From: Armatimonadota bacterium
Lineage (GTDB): Bacteria; Armatimonadota; Fimbriimonadia; Fimbriimonadales; Fimbriimonadaceae
Length of the DNA stretch: 37,546 nt
Direction: 5' to 3'
NCBI GenBank assembly: GCA_043760685.1
Contig: JAYUOQ010000165.1
Location: forward strand, 1 to 37,546
The translations under genes and the position numbers were made by a program. The notes below the pieces were generated by a model that did not search any database, had not been told where the DNA came from, and worked only from the letters and a program-made list of their open reading frames with translations. Each line of letters begins with the position of its first letter. Positions within the stretch are counted from its first letter, which is position 1. Below, one piece after another: positions 9,006 through 19,134 of the stretch.

Positions 9006-9966
9006 CGGGTCGGGTCATTCGGTATCGGTCCAAAGCAACCGCCACAACAATGATTAGCCCCGTGACAATTTCTTGAATCCAATTTGAAATTCCAAGTTGG
9101 GTTGATCCCATATTGATAGTGGTCATGATCAATGTGCCTATTGCCGCACCAATCAAATTCCCTTCTCCACCTAACAGGCTCCCTCCACCAATAACGACGG
9201 CGGCAATCATTTTGAGTTCATCGCCAGCGGCAATAGTTGGATCACCGATTTGAACTCGTGAAACTTGCATGAGTCCCGCTATTCCGGCGAAAACGCCACA
9301 AATGGCATAGACCCCAACCTTTACGGCGTTGACATTGATTCCACAAAGTCTTGCCGTCTTTTCATTTGAGCCGATGGCAACAACATTTCGACCAAACACT
9401 GTTCGATGAAGTATGAGGGTCATCAGTATGAGAAGGATAACCCAAATCCAGGCACCTTTAGGGATGAGTTGCCATCGTTCGCTCTTATCTAATGAGGCAG
9501 TAAAGACCTGCAACCAAGTGTCCGGAACGCTACCAACCGTCTGTTCTTTGGCGAAACCTTTGGCTGCTCCCCGAAAGATCAACATGCTTGCCAAAGTCAC
9601 AATGAAAGGACCTACTTTTAGCTTTGCTACCAAGATTCCATTGATGAGACCAGCGATCAAACCAACAAGAACGCTCACCCCAATCCCCAGAATCGGATTG
9701 TTTGTTGCTTTGAGCACAAGGGCAACTACGACAGTGGTTAGAGCAATCGTTGAGCCTGGACTAAGATCAATTCCGCCAGTCATGATAACGTATGACATGC
9801 CTATGGCGCCGAGGCCCACGATTACGCCTTGACGCATCATCAGTTCTAGGTTGCCAGGATTGAGAAACGGCTCCTGATTTGGCTTAAAGTGCCAGATGAG
9901 AAACATAAAGATGACATAAATTAGAACCCAGGCAATAAAGACCCCAATGACTCCTTTCGCTTTCAT
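8986..9966 (-). CDS. Ribose/monosaccharide ABC transporter permease (RbsC-like)
   Basis: TGGIDLS, PFIVTLA, FGRNVVAIGSNEKTARLCG, ELKMIAAVVIGG motifs. Start 9966 gives an ATGA overlap with the ATPase stop. Confidence 0.9.
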   Translation of the reverse strand: MKAKGVIGVFIAWVLIYVIFMFLIWHFKPNQEPFLNPGNLELMMRQGVIVGLGAIGMSYVIMTGGIDLSPGSTIALTTVVVALVLKATNNPILGIGVSVLVGLIAGLINGILVAKLKVGPFIVTLASMLIFRGAAKGFAKEQTVGSVPDTWLQVFTASLDKSERWQLIPKGAWIWVILLILMTLILHRTVFGRNVVAIGSNEKTARLCGINVNAVKVGVYAICGVFAGIAGLMQVSRVQIGDPTIAAGDELKMIAAVVIGGGSLLGGEGNLIGAAIGTLIMTTINMGSTQLGISNWIQEIVTGLIIVVAVALDRYRMTRPAKIASA

Positions 9967-11417
9967 GATGTAACGCACAACTCCATAAGTTTCTCTTGAC
10001 TAGTTTCCGCCACCGGAACAAATTCGCTCAGGACGCCGCGGTTCATGACCGCAATTCGGTCACATATCCCCAATAATTCTGGCAGGTATGAACTGACGAT
10101 CAGTACGGCTTTCCCGTCCTTTGCAAGTCCATCAATCAATTCGTATATTTCGGCTTTACTTCCGATATCGATTCCTCTTGTTGGCTCATCCAGGATCAAT
10201 ATTTCGCAGCCGGAATGCAATAGCCTTGCGATTGCTACCTTTTGTTGGTTTCCGCCCGAAAGTTCGCAGATGTTTTGTTGAACAGTCCTTGCTTTAACTC
10301 GAAGTTTGGTTGAGAATTCTTGGGCTACCTTCTCGTTCTTTGATGTCGAGAACTTCCATCCTTTTCGACCAGGAAAAGTCAGATTCTCCGCAATTGACAT
10401 GCTTAGGGCCAGCCCCTCTTCTTTACGATCCTCGGACACAAAGCCCGCTCCAAGTTGCCAGGCATTTCGAATGCTTGTTGGACTTGACGAACCAACTTGG
10501 ATTTTCCCAGAAAGAACTTCATCCAGCGAAAAAATCGATCTCAACAGTTCAGTTCTTCCTGCACCATTTAGTCCAGCAATTCCACATACTTCGCCTTGAT
10601 GCAACTTAAAGGTCGAATTTTTGGGCTTGCTGTTGGGTCCAGTCAATTGGTCGATCTCAAGAAGCACATTCCCGACTTTGCGATCCGATCGAGGAAAGAG
10701 CTCGGTCATGTTTCGACCAACCATGTGATGAATGATTTCAGGCTCAGTAACTGATGACATCAAGCCCTGATGGACAAGTTCTCCGTCCCTCAAAATTACA
10801 ATTCGGTCGGCAATTTCTCGAAGCTCATCGAGAAAATGTGAAATATATACAATTGCCTTGCCTTGTGACTTCAACCTCTGAACTAAGTCAAAAAGGTTTC
10901 GAATATCACTCTTCGTTAAACTGCTTGTGGGTTCGTCCAACAAAACGTATTTCGAGTTAATTGCTTGAGTCCGAGCTATTTCCACGACTTGTTGGAGAGA
11001 AATTGATAGGTCACGGACGAGCCTTGCAGTATCCAAATCTTGATAACCCAATGACTCGAGAATTGGACGAGCCATCTTCTCTGCCTCCTTGGGAGAAAAA
11101 CCGCCCTTACCCATTTGCCCCAAGTAAATATTCTCAGCAACCGTCATGTGGGGGCAGAGGGCTAGCTCCTGATGAACCAAAGATACCCCCCTGCTCAGCG
11201 CATCTTGTGGATTCTTAGGATGATAAAGCTGTTCATCCAGCAACAATTGTCCTTCATCTGGAGTTTCTTCTCCGGACAAGATTCGCATCAATGTGCTTTT
11301 GCCGCTACCATTTTCCCCGGCAATAGCAAGAACCTCCCCGGGACATATCTGGAGGGATACGTTGATGAGTGCCTTTGTCAAGCCATAACTTTTATGAATT
11401 CCTTGAGCTTCAAGCAT
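9963..11417 (-). CDS. Monosaccharide ABC transporter ATP-binding protein (RbsA/MglA-like, two ABC domains)
   Basis: Walker A GENGSGKST, LLDEPT, EDRKEEGL, LSGGNQQK, LDEPTRGID. Confidence 0.93.
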   Translation of the reverse strand: MLEAQGIHKSYGLTKALINVSLQICPGEVLAIAGENGSGKSTLMRILSGEETPDEGQLLLDEQLYHPKNPQDALSRGVSLVHQELALCPHMTVAENIYLGQMGKGGFSPKEAEKMARPILESLGYQDLDTARLVRDLSISLQQVVEIARTQAINSKYVLLDEPTSSLTKSDIRNLFDLVQRLKSQGKAIVYISHFLDELREIADRIVILRDGELVHQGLMSSVTEPEIIHHMVGRNMTELFPRSDRKVGNVLLEIDQLTGPNSKPKNSTFKLHQGEVCGIAGLNGAGRTELLRSIFSLDEVLSGKIQVGSSSPTSIRNAWQLGAGFVSEDRKEEGLALSMSIAENLTFPGRKGWKFSTSKNEKVAQEFSTKLRVKARTVQQNICELSGGNQQKVAIARLLHSGCEILILDEPTRGIDIGSKAEIYELIDGLAKDGKAVLIVSSYLPELLGICDRIAVMNRGVLSEFVPVAETSQEKLMELCVTS

Positions 11418-11436
11418 GGCTTTTTTGTTTTACCTT

Positions 11437-12687
11437 TTAGCTCTGGGCAAGTTCATCGAGAAAAACAACTCTTCCCTCACGTCGAGATTGCTCAGAGGCA
11501 AATACAATCTTGTGGCTCATGAGCGAGTTCTCTAGGTTCGTCGTTACCAGGCCAGGATTATTTGTTTCAATTGCCTCAATAAGGGTTCTCAGCACCAAAG
11601 GATCTGCTCCGCCGTGTCCACCCTCACGGGCAGGAACTTCAATGACTTCGTGCTTCTTTTCACCCCAAAATTCATGAACTTCTACTACTCGAGTCTCCGT
11701 CGCCGCTTCCAAATATCCTTTCGTACCATGTATTCGAATCCTTCGACCTCCAAAGGGAGTGAATGCGGTCATTGTAAATGTGACCGTTTGTCCTCTCTTA
11801 AACTCCATCGAAACGACTTGATGATCGACAACGTCGTTATCGGTTTGGAACACGCACTTACCGTAAGGACCACTTTGCAATGCTTGGGTGAGCAGGTCTC
11901 CGGTCATGGTTAAGCCAACCGACTGTCCCCAACCCTTACCGGGAGTTCCATAGACTTTCATCGCATGATAAGGGCACTCTGACTCTGCAGGGCAACCGTC
12001 TAGGCATCGAAGCGGTGCACCCGCTGGTGCGTTTTCTTTTCGAAAGAATGACAAAGACCCAAACGAGTTGACTCGGACACACTCGTCATGGACAAGATCA
12101 AACAAGATGTCAATGTCATGACAGCTTTTGGCTAGAAGCATAAAAGCGCTTCTTCCTTCGTTGCCCCAATTACCTCGGACAAATGAGTGGGACTGGTGAA
12201 TATGTTCGACAGCTTCTAGTTGGTCGACACTGACAATATCACCAATTCTGCCAGATCGCAGGACTTCCCTCACGGCGGCATAAACATCGTTGTATCGGAG
12301 GCTATGACAGACACTGGCAATTGTCCCGGCTTTTTTGGCTGCATCGGCAATCTTCACACAGTCAGCGAAGGCACTTGCCATTGGCTTTTCGAGCAGCATG
12401 TGGTACCCAAGCCCAAAAGCTGCCACCGCAGAATCTACGTGGTGTCGATCCATGGTAGTGTTCACCACAACGTCAGCAAGTTTAGGTTGCGACAAGGCTT
12501 GCTCCCAAGTTTCAAATTGAAGTTCCACCGGAATGTTATGCATTTCGGCTATTTTCTGGCGGCTATCGGGGTTTGGTTCAGCAACCGCAACCAGGGTTCC
12601 TTTAGCGTAATCCTCCGCAAGAATTTTGGCAAACATGGTTCCCCTTGAACCTGCCCCTAACAACAAAAAAGTTAACTTGGTTTCCAT
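11437..12687 (-). CDS. Gfo/Idh/MocA family NAD(P)-dependent oxidoreductase
   Basis: GAGSRG Rossmann motif, LEKPM, LLAKSCHDID, GGHGGAD. Start set at METK. Confidence 0.9.
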   Translation of the reverse strand: METKLTFLLLGAGSRGTMFAKILAEDYAKGTLVAVAEPNPDSRQKIAEMHNIPVELQFETWEQALSQPKLADVVVNTTMDRHHVDSAVAAFGLGYHMLLEKPMASAFADCVKIADAAKKAGTIASVCHSLRYNDVYAAVREVLRSGRIGDIVSVDQLEAVEHIHQSHSFVRGNWGNEGRSAFMLLAKSCHDIDILFDLVHDECVRVNSFGSLSFFRKENAPAGAPLRCLDGCPAESECPYHAMKVYGTPGKGWGQSVGLTMTGDLLTQALQSGPYGKCVFQTDNDVVDHQVVSMEFKRGQTVTFTMTAFTPFGGRRIRIHGTKGYLEAATETRVVEVHEFWGEKKHEVIEVPAREGGHGGADPLVLRTLIEAIETNNPGLVTTNLENSLMSHKIVFASEQSRREGRVVFLDELAQS

Positions 12688-12780
12688 TGAATCCGTTAAT
12701 CCTAGCACATACTGATTTTCCAGTCGAATAGCTGTAAACTATCAACCTAACAAAGCGTTTAAATTTAGAGGCTTAGTATT

Positions 12781-13665
12781 ATGAAATTCTTTCTTCTCAC
12801 TTCTGCGATGGCGGTTCTCGGAACGGCCTTCCTAACCCAATCTGATCTTCCGGCAGTGGTTAAGAGCCATGTCACAATTCTTCAAGACGCCAAGTCTCTC
12901 AAGGCTGAGTTTACGGTAACAAAGCTAAGTGGCGGACTCGAAAAAGGAACTCTTACCTATTCGAAAGCCGGGATGTACAAAATTGATATGCCATCCAAGA
13001 TGATTGAATCTGACGGAAAATTGGTTTGGACACTTAACAAGCAAGCAAACACGTACACGGAAATGCCAGCCTCGTTGGCACCAACAAAGGACTTTCATGT
13101 ATGGGCTTGGTCCGCGTTCTTTGGTGCGGATGCTCTGAAAGGAACCAAAGATTATTCGGTTAAAGGCAACAAGACGATAAAAGGAAATCCAGTCACCGAA
13201 TATGCCGGCAAGATGGCAAATGACAAACCATTTAGCCTGTTTTTGGACCTAAAGACTGGTGTCGCTCGAGGAGCGAGCAATTCGGAAGTCGTTGTAATGG
13301 CACAAGGAGACATTGTCCTTGGGAAAGATGTTATCGACGTCAAAGAATTCACGTTTGTTCCGCCAGCCGGAGCAAAGAAGGAAGAGAAGCCAGCTGCAAG
13401 TTCCATAACGTACTCTCAGGTTGAAACTATTCTTAAAGCCAACTGCCTCCCATGCCATAGTGCAGGAAACCGGAAAGCTGGCTTGTCGGTTGATTCCTAT
13501 GAAGGCGTGATGGCAAAGGTTGTTGCTGGCAATGCAATGAATAGTGGTCTGTTCCGAAGCATTGGTGGACCAATAGCTACGATGCCACAAGGCAAGGCTC
13601 CGCTCGCAAAAACTGATCTTGACATCATCGAAGGATGGATTAACGCAGGCGCTAAGAATCAATAA
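12781..13665 (+). CDS. Exported fusion protein: LolA-like beta domain plus C-terminal monoheme c-type cytochrome (Planctomycete cytochrome c type)
   Basis: Signal peptide. LolA-like signatures (KSLKAEFT, SDGKLVWTLNKQANTYT, FTFVPPAGAK). Heme motif CLPCH, then MP and WINAGA. Confidence 0.8.
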   Translation: MKFFLLTSAMAVLGTAFLTQSDLPAVVKSHVTILQDAKSLKAEFTVTKLSGGLEKGTLTYSKAGMYKIDMPSKMIESDGKLVWTLNKQANTYTEMPASLAPTKDFHVWAWSAFFGADALKGTKDYSVKGNKTIKGNPVTEYAGKMANDKPFSLFLDLKTGVARGASNSEVVVMAQGDIVLGKDVIDVKEFTFVPPAGAKKEEKPAASSITYSQVETILKANCLPCHSAGNRKAGLSVDSYEGVMAKVVAGNAMNSGLFRSIGGPIATMPQGKAPLAKTDLDIIEGWINAGAKNQ

Positions 13666-13708
13666 TTGAAGATTCTAGGGAACCATTTCAGAAAGAATGG
13701 TGACCTAC

Positions 13709-13752
13709 AAAAAGAGAACCCCGCCAGAGTTTGGCGGGGTTCTCTTTTTTTT
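13709..13752. terminator. Bidirectional intrinsic terminator
   Basis: Long perfect stem AAAAAGAGAACCCCGCCA/TGGCGGGGTTCTCTTTTT between convergent genes. Confidence 0.93.
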
Positions 13753-13764
13753 GATTTATGGATA

Positions 13765-14751
13765 CTACTTCTTACCAAGCAAGGCTTTCACTTCTTCAGA
13801 TTCCATGTTCGCTTTGTCCACCAAGATGGCCCCAGTGTCAATTCTCTTTTCAATCGTTCCACCCTTGAGCACTTTGACCATGTTTTCTACGGCGAGCTTG
13901 CCCATGTTTGTTGGATTTTGAAGAACAAGTCCTTCGATTTCCCCGGAAGTTACTGCTTCGAGCAATTCTTTGGATGAGTCAAATCCAACAAATTTGACCT
14001 TGGTTGTTAACTTGCCATTTTGAAGGGCCTTCATCATGCCAAATGCTGTGGACTCGTTGGGACAGAATATGCCTTGAATGCTGAGCCCGTCTCCGGCTTT
14101 GAATCGGGTGAGAAGGTTCTCACTTGCAGTTTGTGCTGATTCCCGAGTTGCTCCACCATGTTGCTCATCGCTTACGACTTCGAGTCCGCCCTTCTTCGCA
14201 GCATCCAAGAATCCTTTTTCACGAGCCATTGTGCTTGCTGAGCCCTCGGCATATCTCAACATAATGACCTTTCCTTTGCCTCCAAGCGCTTTGGCTAGCC
14301 TTTCTCCACCCATATAGCCGGCCTTTTCGTTGTCGGTGGCAATGAAGCTTTCTGTTTCAACGTCCTTCAGACCACTATCGACAATGATCATCTTAATTCC
14401 TTTCGCAATGGCTTCTTTTGATGGAGTTTTCAGAGCTTCTTCATCGAGCGGAGCCATGATAATGCCATCGACTTTTTGATTCGTGAAGTTTTCTACAACC
14501 TTGATTTGATCGGCTTTGTCATCTTCCTTTTGGGGACCTTTCCAAATCAACTCTACGTCATTCGCGGCTGCGGCACCTTCAGCACCAGCTTGCATCGCCT
14601 TCCAAAATTCGTGGGTAGAACCTTTGGGAATAAATCCTATTCGGAGTTTCTTAGTGGGTGCGCCCCCGGTCGCGGTATTGGTTTCCGGGCTGGAACTACA
14701 TCCGACAATCGAGAGAGCGAGAATTGCTATAAGAAATAGGCTACGTTGCAC
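13765..14751 (-). CDS. Monosaccharide ABC transporter substrate-binding lipoprotein (RbsB-like)
   Basis: Lipobox IVG-C; IPKGSTHEFW, IVDSG, IATDN, FVGFD, LVLQNP motifs. Confidence 0.9.
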   Translation of the reverse strand: MQRSLFLIAILALSIVGCSSSPETNTATGGAPTKKLRIGFIPKGSTHEFWKAMQAGAEGAAAANDVELIWKGPQKEDDKADQIKVVENFTNQKVDGIIMAPLDEEALKTPSKEAIAKGIKMIIVDSGLKDVETESFIATDNEKAGYMGGERLAKALGGKGKVIMLRYAEGSASTMAREKGFLDAAKKGGLEVVSDEQHGGATRESAQTASENLLTRFKAGDGLSIQGIFCPNESTAFGMMKALQNGKLTTKVKFVGFDSSKELLEAVTSGEIEGLVLQNPTNMGKLAVENMVKVLKGGTIEKRIDTGAILVDKANMESEEVKALLGKK

Positions 14752-14890
14752 CCTTTCGTTTTACCAACTTTGGGGGTTTTCGGCAATACTAAATGGTGTC
14801 AAGTTAAAGAATATTTCTGCTTGAACCTCCATCAATTCCGATTTCATCCAAAAATGTCCTTGGTCACGAATCAAATGGAGAAATGGAACT

Positions 14891-15274
14891 ATGCGCCTCT
14901 CTCAGGATTCAAATAACCGAAAAGCCGTGCAACGTCGAGAAGTTTTTACTGCCTGGATATTACTGTCAGCCCCTATTATCGGGTTTGTAGCCTATTTAAT
15001 CGCCTACCTTGGTTTGCAAATTGGCCAAGGGAACATACCGCTGGTTGCGGCAATGGCACTTGCCGTATCTTGCCTATTACTCTTGTCATGGATGTTCATC
15101 ATCCATACCGATGCCGATTGGCGTAAAACGGCGAAGTTCATCGGCTTCGGCCTTATTTTCGAAGGCGTAGTGCTTTTTATGACAAGGGCATCCGGTAAAG
15201 AAGCGTCTATCTATTTTGGTGCAGGATCAATCCTCATCGGACTCATCCTGCTATTCGGCTCAAAAAAGCACTAA
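14891..15274 (+). CDS. Small hypothetical membrane protein (about 4 TM)
   Basis: 127-aa ORF filling the intergenic space, with four hydrophobic segments. Confidence 0.65.
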   Translation: MRLSQDSNNRKAVQRREVFTAWILLSAPIIGFVAYLIAYLGLQIGQGNIPLVAAMALAVSCLLLLSWMFIIHTDADWRKTAKFIGFGLIFEGVVLFMTRASGKEASIYFGAGSILIGLILLFGSKKH

Positions 15275-15278
15275 ACGA

Positions 15279-17945
15279 TCAGGGCTTTACTATTTCTGGA
15301 GTCGGCAAGCCTAGGCCTTCAATTTGTTTCAAGATTTGCGCTTTATCTCCGACAAGTACAAACATGGCCCTGCCCCTGCTCAAGTACTTCGATGCGACCG
15401 AGTTAAGACGTTGAGCATCAAAGCCTTGAATTTTTGAGATTCTTTGGTCAATGTCGGACAATGTAATGCCCGAATCCATGACGGACGAGCCAACATTTAC
15501 AATACTTTCCAATGACGTGAACTCAGTAACAATGTCGGTTCTCATGATCTGAGCCGCCTTCCCGGCTTCGGTGCCATCGATATCTCCTTTTTCAAGTCGA
15601 GCGATCTCATTTAGGAATTCCTTTATAGAAGCCCCAGTTACGTCTGCACGAACGGAAGAGGACATCGAGAACCAACCTATGTAAGGATCTGATGCAAGAC
15701 GCGATCCTGCCCCATAGGTATATCCTTTATCTTCGCGCAAATTCTGATTCAACCGACTCGTGAAACTACCACCCGAAATCATGCGAACTCCATCAAGGTC
15801 GAGGTAGTCAGTGTCATTTACGTTTACCGCAGGGAAAAGTACGTTTATGACCGTTTGGACGGCGTTTGGGCGATCAACAATCACCAGTCTAGCGCCTTGA
15901 CTCGGTATTGCAGGGATATTAAATTTCGTGGTTCCAACTATTGTGCCCTGAGCTGACTTTCCAACCGTAGACGACAACATAGCTTTGGCGTCAACAGCGC
16001 TCCAACCACCGGCAACAAAGAATTCTGGCTTTAGTTTTTGGATCTTTTTCGCGGTTGACAATATGTCTTCGTACCTAATTCCATTTACACTTTCAATCGT
16101 CCCTACAACTGGTTTGGCATATGGATGGCTTTTACCCAGGAACTCCCTTTTGGCCACTTTCTGGGCAACCGAATTTGCCGAGTCATTCTCTTGGTTCAGT
16201 TGAGCCAGTAACTCGGCTTTGTATTGATCAAAATCGTCTTTGGCAAGGGTTGGTGCCGACAACACGCCTTGGAACATGGCCAAGGCTTGGACGGCATTAG
16301 AAAGAGGTGCTTCGAGGCTAAATGTGGTTCCTCGTAACGTTGCCCCACCGCCGACACTAGCGCCGATCAGATCAAGTTGAGCAGAGAACTGAGTGCCAGT
16401 TAACTTGTTTGCTCCTCGCAACATGAGTTCGGTCGTCATAGCGTTCAAACCTGGCTTCGTATCTTCAATTGAGCCAATGTTAAGATGAGCCCGCACCGAA
16501 AACATTGGAACACCTGGTCTACTCCAGTAAGATACGGAAGTGCCATTTGGCATTGTCATCCGGGCTGGCTTCGGAGTCGTGAATAGGGTTGCTTTGTCAA
16601 TTCCGGGTTGATCATCGCGAGGGTTTTTTGCGGTAGGAGCGGTTTCTGGAATTACCCTGATAATCAGATTTTTTCCAGTCAAGTACTTTCCTACAGCCGC
16701 CTTAACTGCGGCAGGAGTGACCGCTTTATATGCATTTATTTCTCGTTGAAATGAGTCAGGATTCCCGTAGTAGAATTCATATTCGTTCATCCGGTCTGCC
16801 TTTTGGTCAAGATTCTGTAGAATCGAAGAAATTGCTGACTCTTCCTTAGCAACGATCCGTTTCAGTTCATTTGCTGTCGGCCCATTCTTAGCTAAGTCAT
16901 TGATAATAGATTGGATTACCTTTTCCATATCACCTTGCTTCTTATCTGGTGCCAAAGTCGCATCAATATAGAACATCGATCCAAGATATTTGCTGTCCAA
17001 ACCTGCAGATGCTTCGGTGGCCAGACCGAGTTTATTTACCAGAGTTTCTTGCAATCGACTTGCTAATCCGTCACCTAAGACCTTGGCTGCGATCTTCATC
17101 TCGAGATCTCCGTCCTTAGTGGTTGGTGGAGTGTGCCAAACCAAAACGGATTTTGATGCTGAAACGGCATCAACAAGTGTTAGCTTTGCTCCAGGAAAGG
17201 CAAACGGTTGGACCTGCTTTCTCGGCACATCGTTTGCTCTCGGCAGGGTGCCAAACAGCTTGTTAACCAGCGGCTTGATTTTCGCAGGGTCAAAGTCTCC
17301 TGCTACGATTAATGAAGCGTTGTTAGGAACATAGAATGTTGAGAAGAACGATTGGACATCTTCGACCGAGGCAGCAGACAAGTCCTCATGAGAACCAATC
17401 ACGGACGTGGAATAGGGATGCCCTTTGGGATACATGAGACTGTTGATCATCTCATATGCCTTTCCGTAAGGAGTGTTCTCGGTATTTTGCCTTCGCTCAT
17501 TCTTGACGACATCTCTTTGCAGATCAAGCTTTTTGAGGTTCATTGCTTTGCCAAGATCTTCGAGCCGATCAGCATCTAACCAAAGCAAAGTCGGAAGCAA
17601 ATTTGACGGTCCAAATGAATAATAGTTCGTCCGATCTTCGGCGGTAGATGCATTGTTTTGACCACCGGACCTTTCCATAATCTGGTCAAACTGACCGCCA
17701 GGAACTCGGTTTGTGCCCATGAACATTAGGTGTTCGAACAAATGGGCAAATCCACTTCTTCGTTCTGGTTCGTCTTTTGATCCGACGTAGAACCAAGTGT
17801 TAATTGTCGCAACAGGAAGGGTTTTGTCCACATGGAGAATTACTTTTAGCCCGTTGGCAAGGGTGTATTTTTCATAGGGGACCTTGATGGCCTGGGGTCC
17901 GCCCGTGGACAACAAAGAAAAGACTGCAACCGATAGAAATGTCAT
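15279..17945 (-). CDS. M16 family zinc metallopeptidase (pitrilysin/PqqL-like), exported
   Basis: Inverted zinc motif HLFEH in GFAHLFEHLMF; LANGLKV; second half with SRLNQNLREDKGYTYG. Confidence 0.93.
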   Translation of the reverse strand: MTFLSVAVFSLLSTGGPQAIKVPYEKYTLANGLKVILHVDKTLPVATINTWFYVGSKDEPERRSGFAHLFEHLMFMGTNRVPGGQFDQIMERSGGQNNASTAEDRTNYYSFGPSNLLPTLLWLDADRLEDLGKAMNLKKLDLQRDVVKNERRQNTENTPYGKAYEMINSLMYPKGHPYSTSVIGSHEDLSAASVEDVQSFFSTFYVPNNASLIVAGDFDPAKIKPLVNKLFGTLPRANDVPRKQVQPFAFPGAKLTLVDAVSASKSVLVWHTPPTTKDGDLEMKIAAKVLGDGLASRLQETLVNKLGLATEASAGLDSKYLGSMFYIDATLAPDKKQGDMEKVIQSIINDLAKNGPTANELKRIVAKEESAISSILQNLDQKADRMNEYEFYYGNPDSFQREINAYKAVTPAAVKAAVGKYLTGKNLIIRVIPETAPTAKNPRDDQPGIDKATLFTTPKPARMTMPNGTSVSYWSRPGVPMFSVRAHLNIGSIEDTKPGLNAMTTELMLRGANKLTGTQFSAQLDLIGASVGGGATLRGTTFSLEAPLSNAVQALAMFQGVLSAPTLAKDDFDQYKAELLAQLNQENDSANSVAQKVAKREFLGKSHPYAKPVVGTIESVNGIRYEDILSTAKKIQKLKPEFFVAGGWSAVDAKAMLSSTVGKSAQGTIVGTTKFNIPAIPSQGARLVIVDRPNAVQTVINVLFPAVNVNDTDYLDLDGVRMISGGSFTSRLNQNLREDKGYTYGAGSRLASDPYIGWFSMSSSVRADVTGASIKEFLNEIARLEKGDIDGTEAGKAAQIMRTDIVTEFTSLESIVNVGSSVMDSGITLSDIDQRISKIQGFDAQRLNSVASKYLSRGRAMFVLVGDKAQILKQIEGLGLPTPEIVKP

Positions 17946-17987
17946 GTGACATAGTTTACGTTCAAAGCAAGTACTATTGACATCAAC

Positions 17988-19106
17988 GTGCTTAGTGCCT
18001 TTTTAGGATTTCAAATCATGGTTGGTCTTCGCACCCGATATGTGGACTTCAACAGCCGACTTGACCTGCAGGTAGTCGTGGATCGTGAGCAAGGACAATA
18101 TCTTGGGCACCCAACTACGCTGCTGATGCCCAACGGAAAAACTTTGTTGTGCGTCTATCCGAAAGGACATGGCTCTGGACAGATTCTTTATAAGCGAAGC
18201 AATGACGCCGGACAAACTTGGTCGGAACGATTGCCTACACCTCCTAGTTGGGCGACGGGTAAAGAAACTCCGACCATTCACCGGCTCATCGATGCCCATG
18301 GAAAGGGTCGACTACTTCTTTGGTCTGGTCTCTATCCCGCTCGAACTTCGCTTTCGGAAGATGAAGGCATTACATGGTCCGAATTAAAGCCAGCAGGCAA
18401 CTGGGGAGGAATTGTCGTCATGAGTGCCTTGGAACCCATTAGGGGACAAAAAGGGTCGTACGCCGCATATTTTCATGATGACGGCAGGTTCTTTGCGGAA
18501 GGAAAGAAATCTACGGGAGTTTTCACTTTGTACCGGACCGTAACGATTGATGGGGGCGTGACATGGAATGCTCCAACAATCGTACTTTCTCGGAACGACC
18601 TACATCTTTGTGAACCAGGAATCATCCGATCTCCGAACGGAAGAACTTTGGCGATGCTGCTCAGAGAAAACAAAAGAGTTCGAAACTCGCAAGTGATTAC
18701 TAGTAAGGATGAAGGTCTCACTTGGACCGAGCCTCGGGACCTTCCGGCAGAATTAACGGGAGATCGTCATGCCGGCAAGTACCTCCGAGATGGGAGACTT
18801 TTTATCGGATTTCGTGACATTTCACCAAGAGGCACTGGCACTGTGACCGATGGAGACTGGGTGGGTTGGATAGGAACCTTTGATGACTTGGAGAAAGGAT
18901 TGCCGGGTCAGTATCGGGTTCGACTCAAAGATAACACCAGCACGTGGGATTGTGGCTATTCTGGTGTCGAAGTTCTGCGAGACGGTACCGTGGTAACAAC
19001 GACATATGGGCACTGGGATCAGGGTCAGCCACCGTACATAATGTGCGTTCGATTCAATCCGTCAAAAATGCCAGAACTTCAACCATATAGGAATTCACAA
19101 AAATAG
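17988..19106 (+). CDS. Sialidase-like BNR/Asp-box repeat glycoside hydrolase
   Basis: Four Asp boxes (SNDAGQTW, SEDEGITW, TIDGGVTW, SKDEGLTW); LCEP and CGYS motifs. Confidence 0.82.
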   Translation: MLSAFLGFQIMVGLRTRYVDFNSRLDLQVVVDREQGQYLGHPTTLLMPNGKTLLCVYPKGHGSGQILYKRSNDAGQTWSERLPTPPSWATGKETPTIHRLIDAHGKGRLLLWSGLYPARTSLSEDEGITWSELKPAGNWGGIVVMSALEPIRGQKGSYAAYFHDDGRFFAEGKKSTGVFTLYRTVTIDGGVTWNAPTIVLSRNDLHLCEPGIIRSPNGRTLAMLLRENKRVRNSQVITSKDEGLTWTEPRDLPAELTGDRHAGKYLRDGRLFIGFRDISPRGTGTVTDGDWVGWIGTFDDLEKGLPGQYRVRLKDNTSTWDCGYSGVEVLRDGTVVTTTYGHWDQGQPPYIMCVRFNPSKMPELQPYRNSQK

Positions 19107-19134
19107 AATTGGGTAATTCGGGCAAACTATAGAA

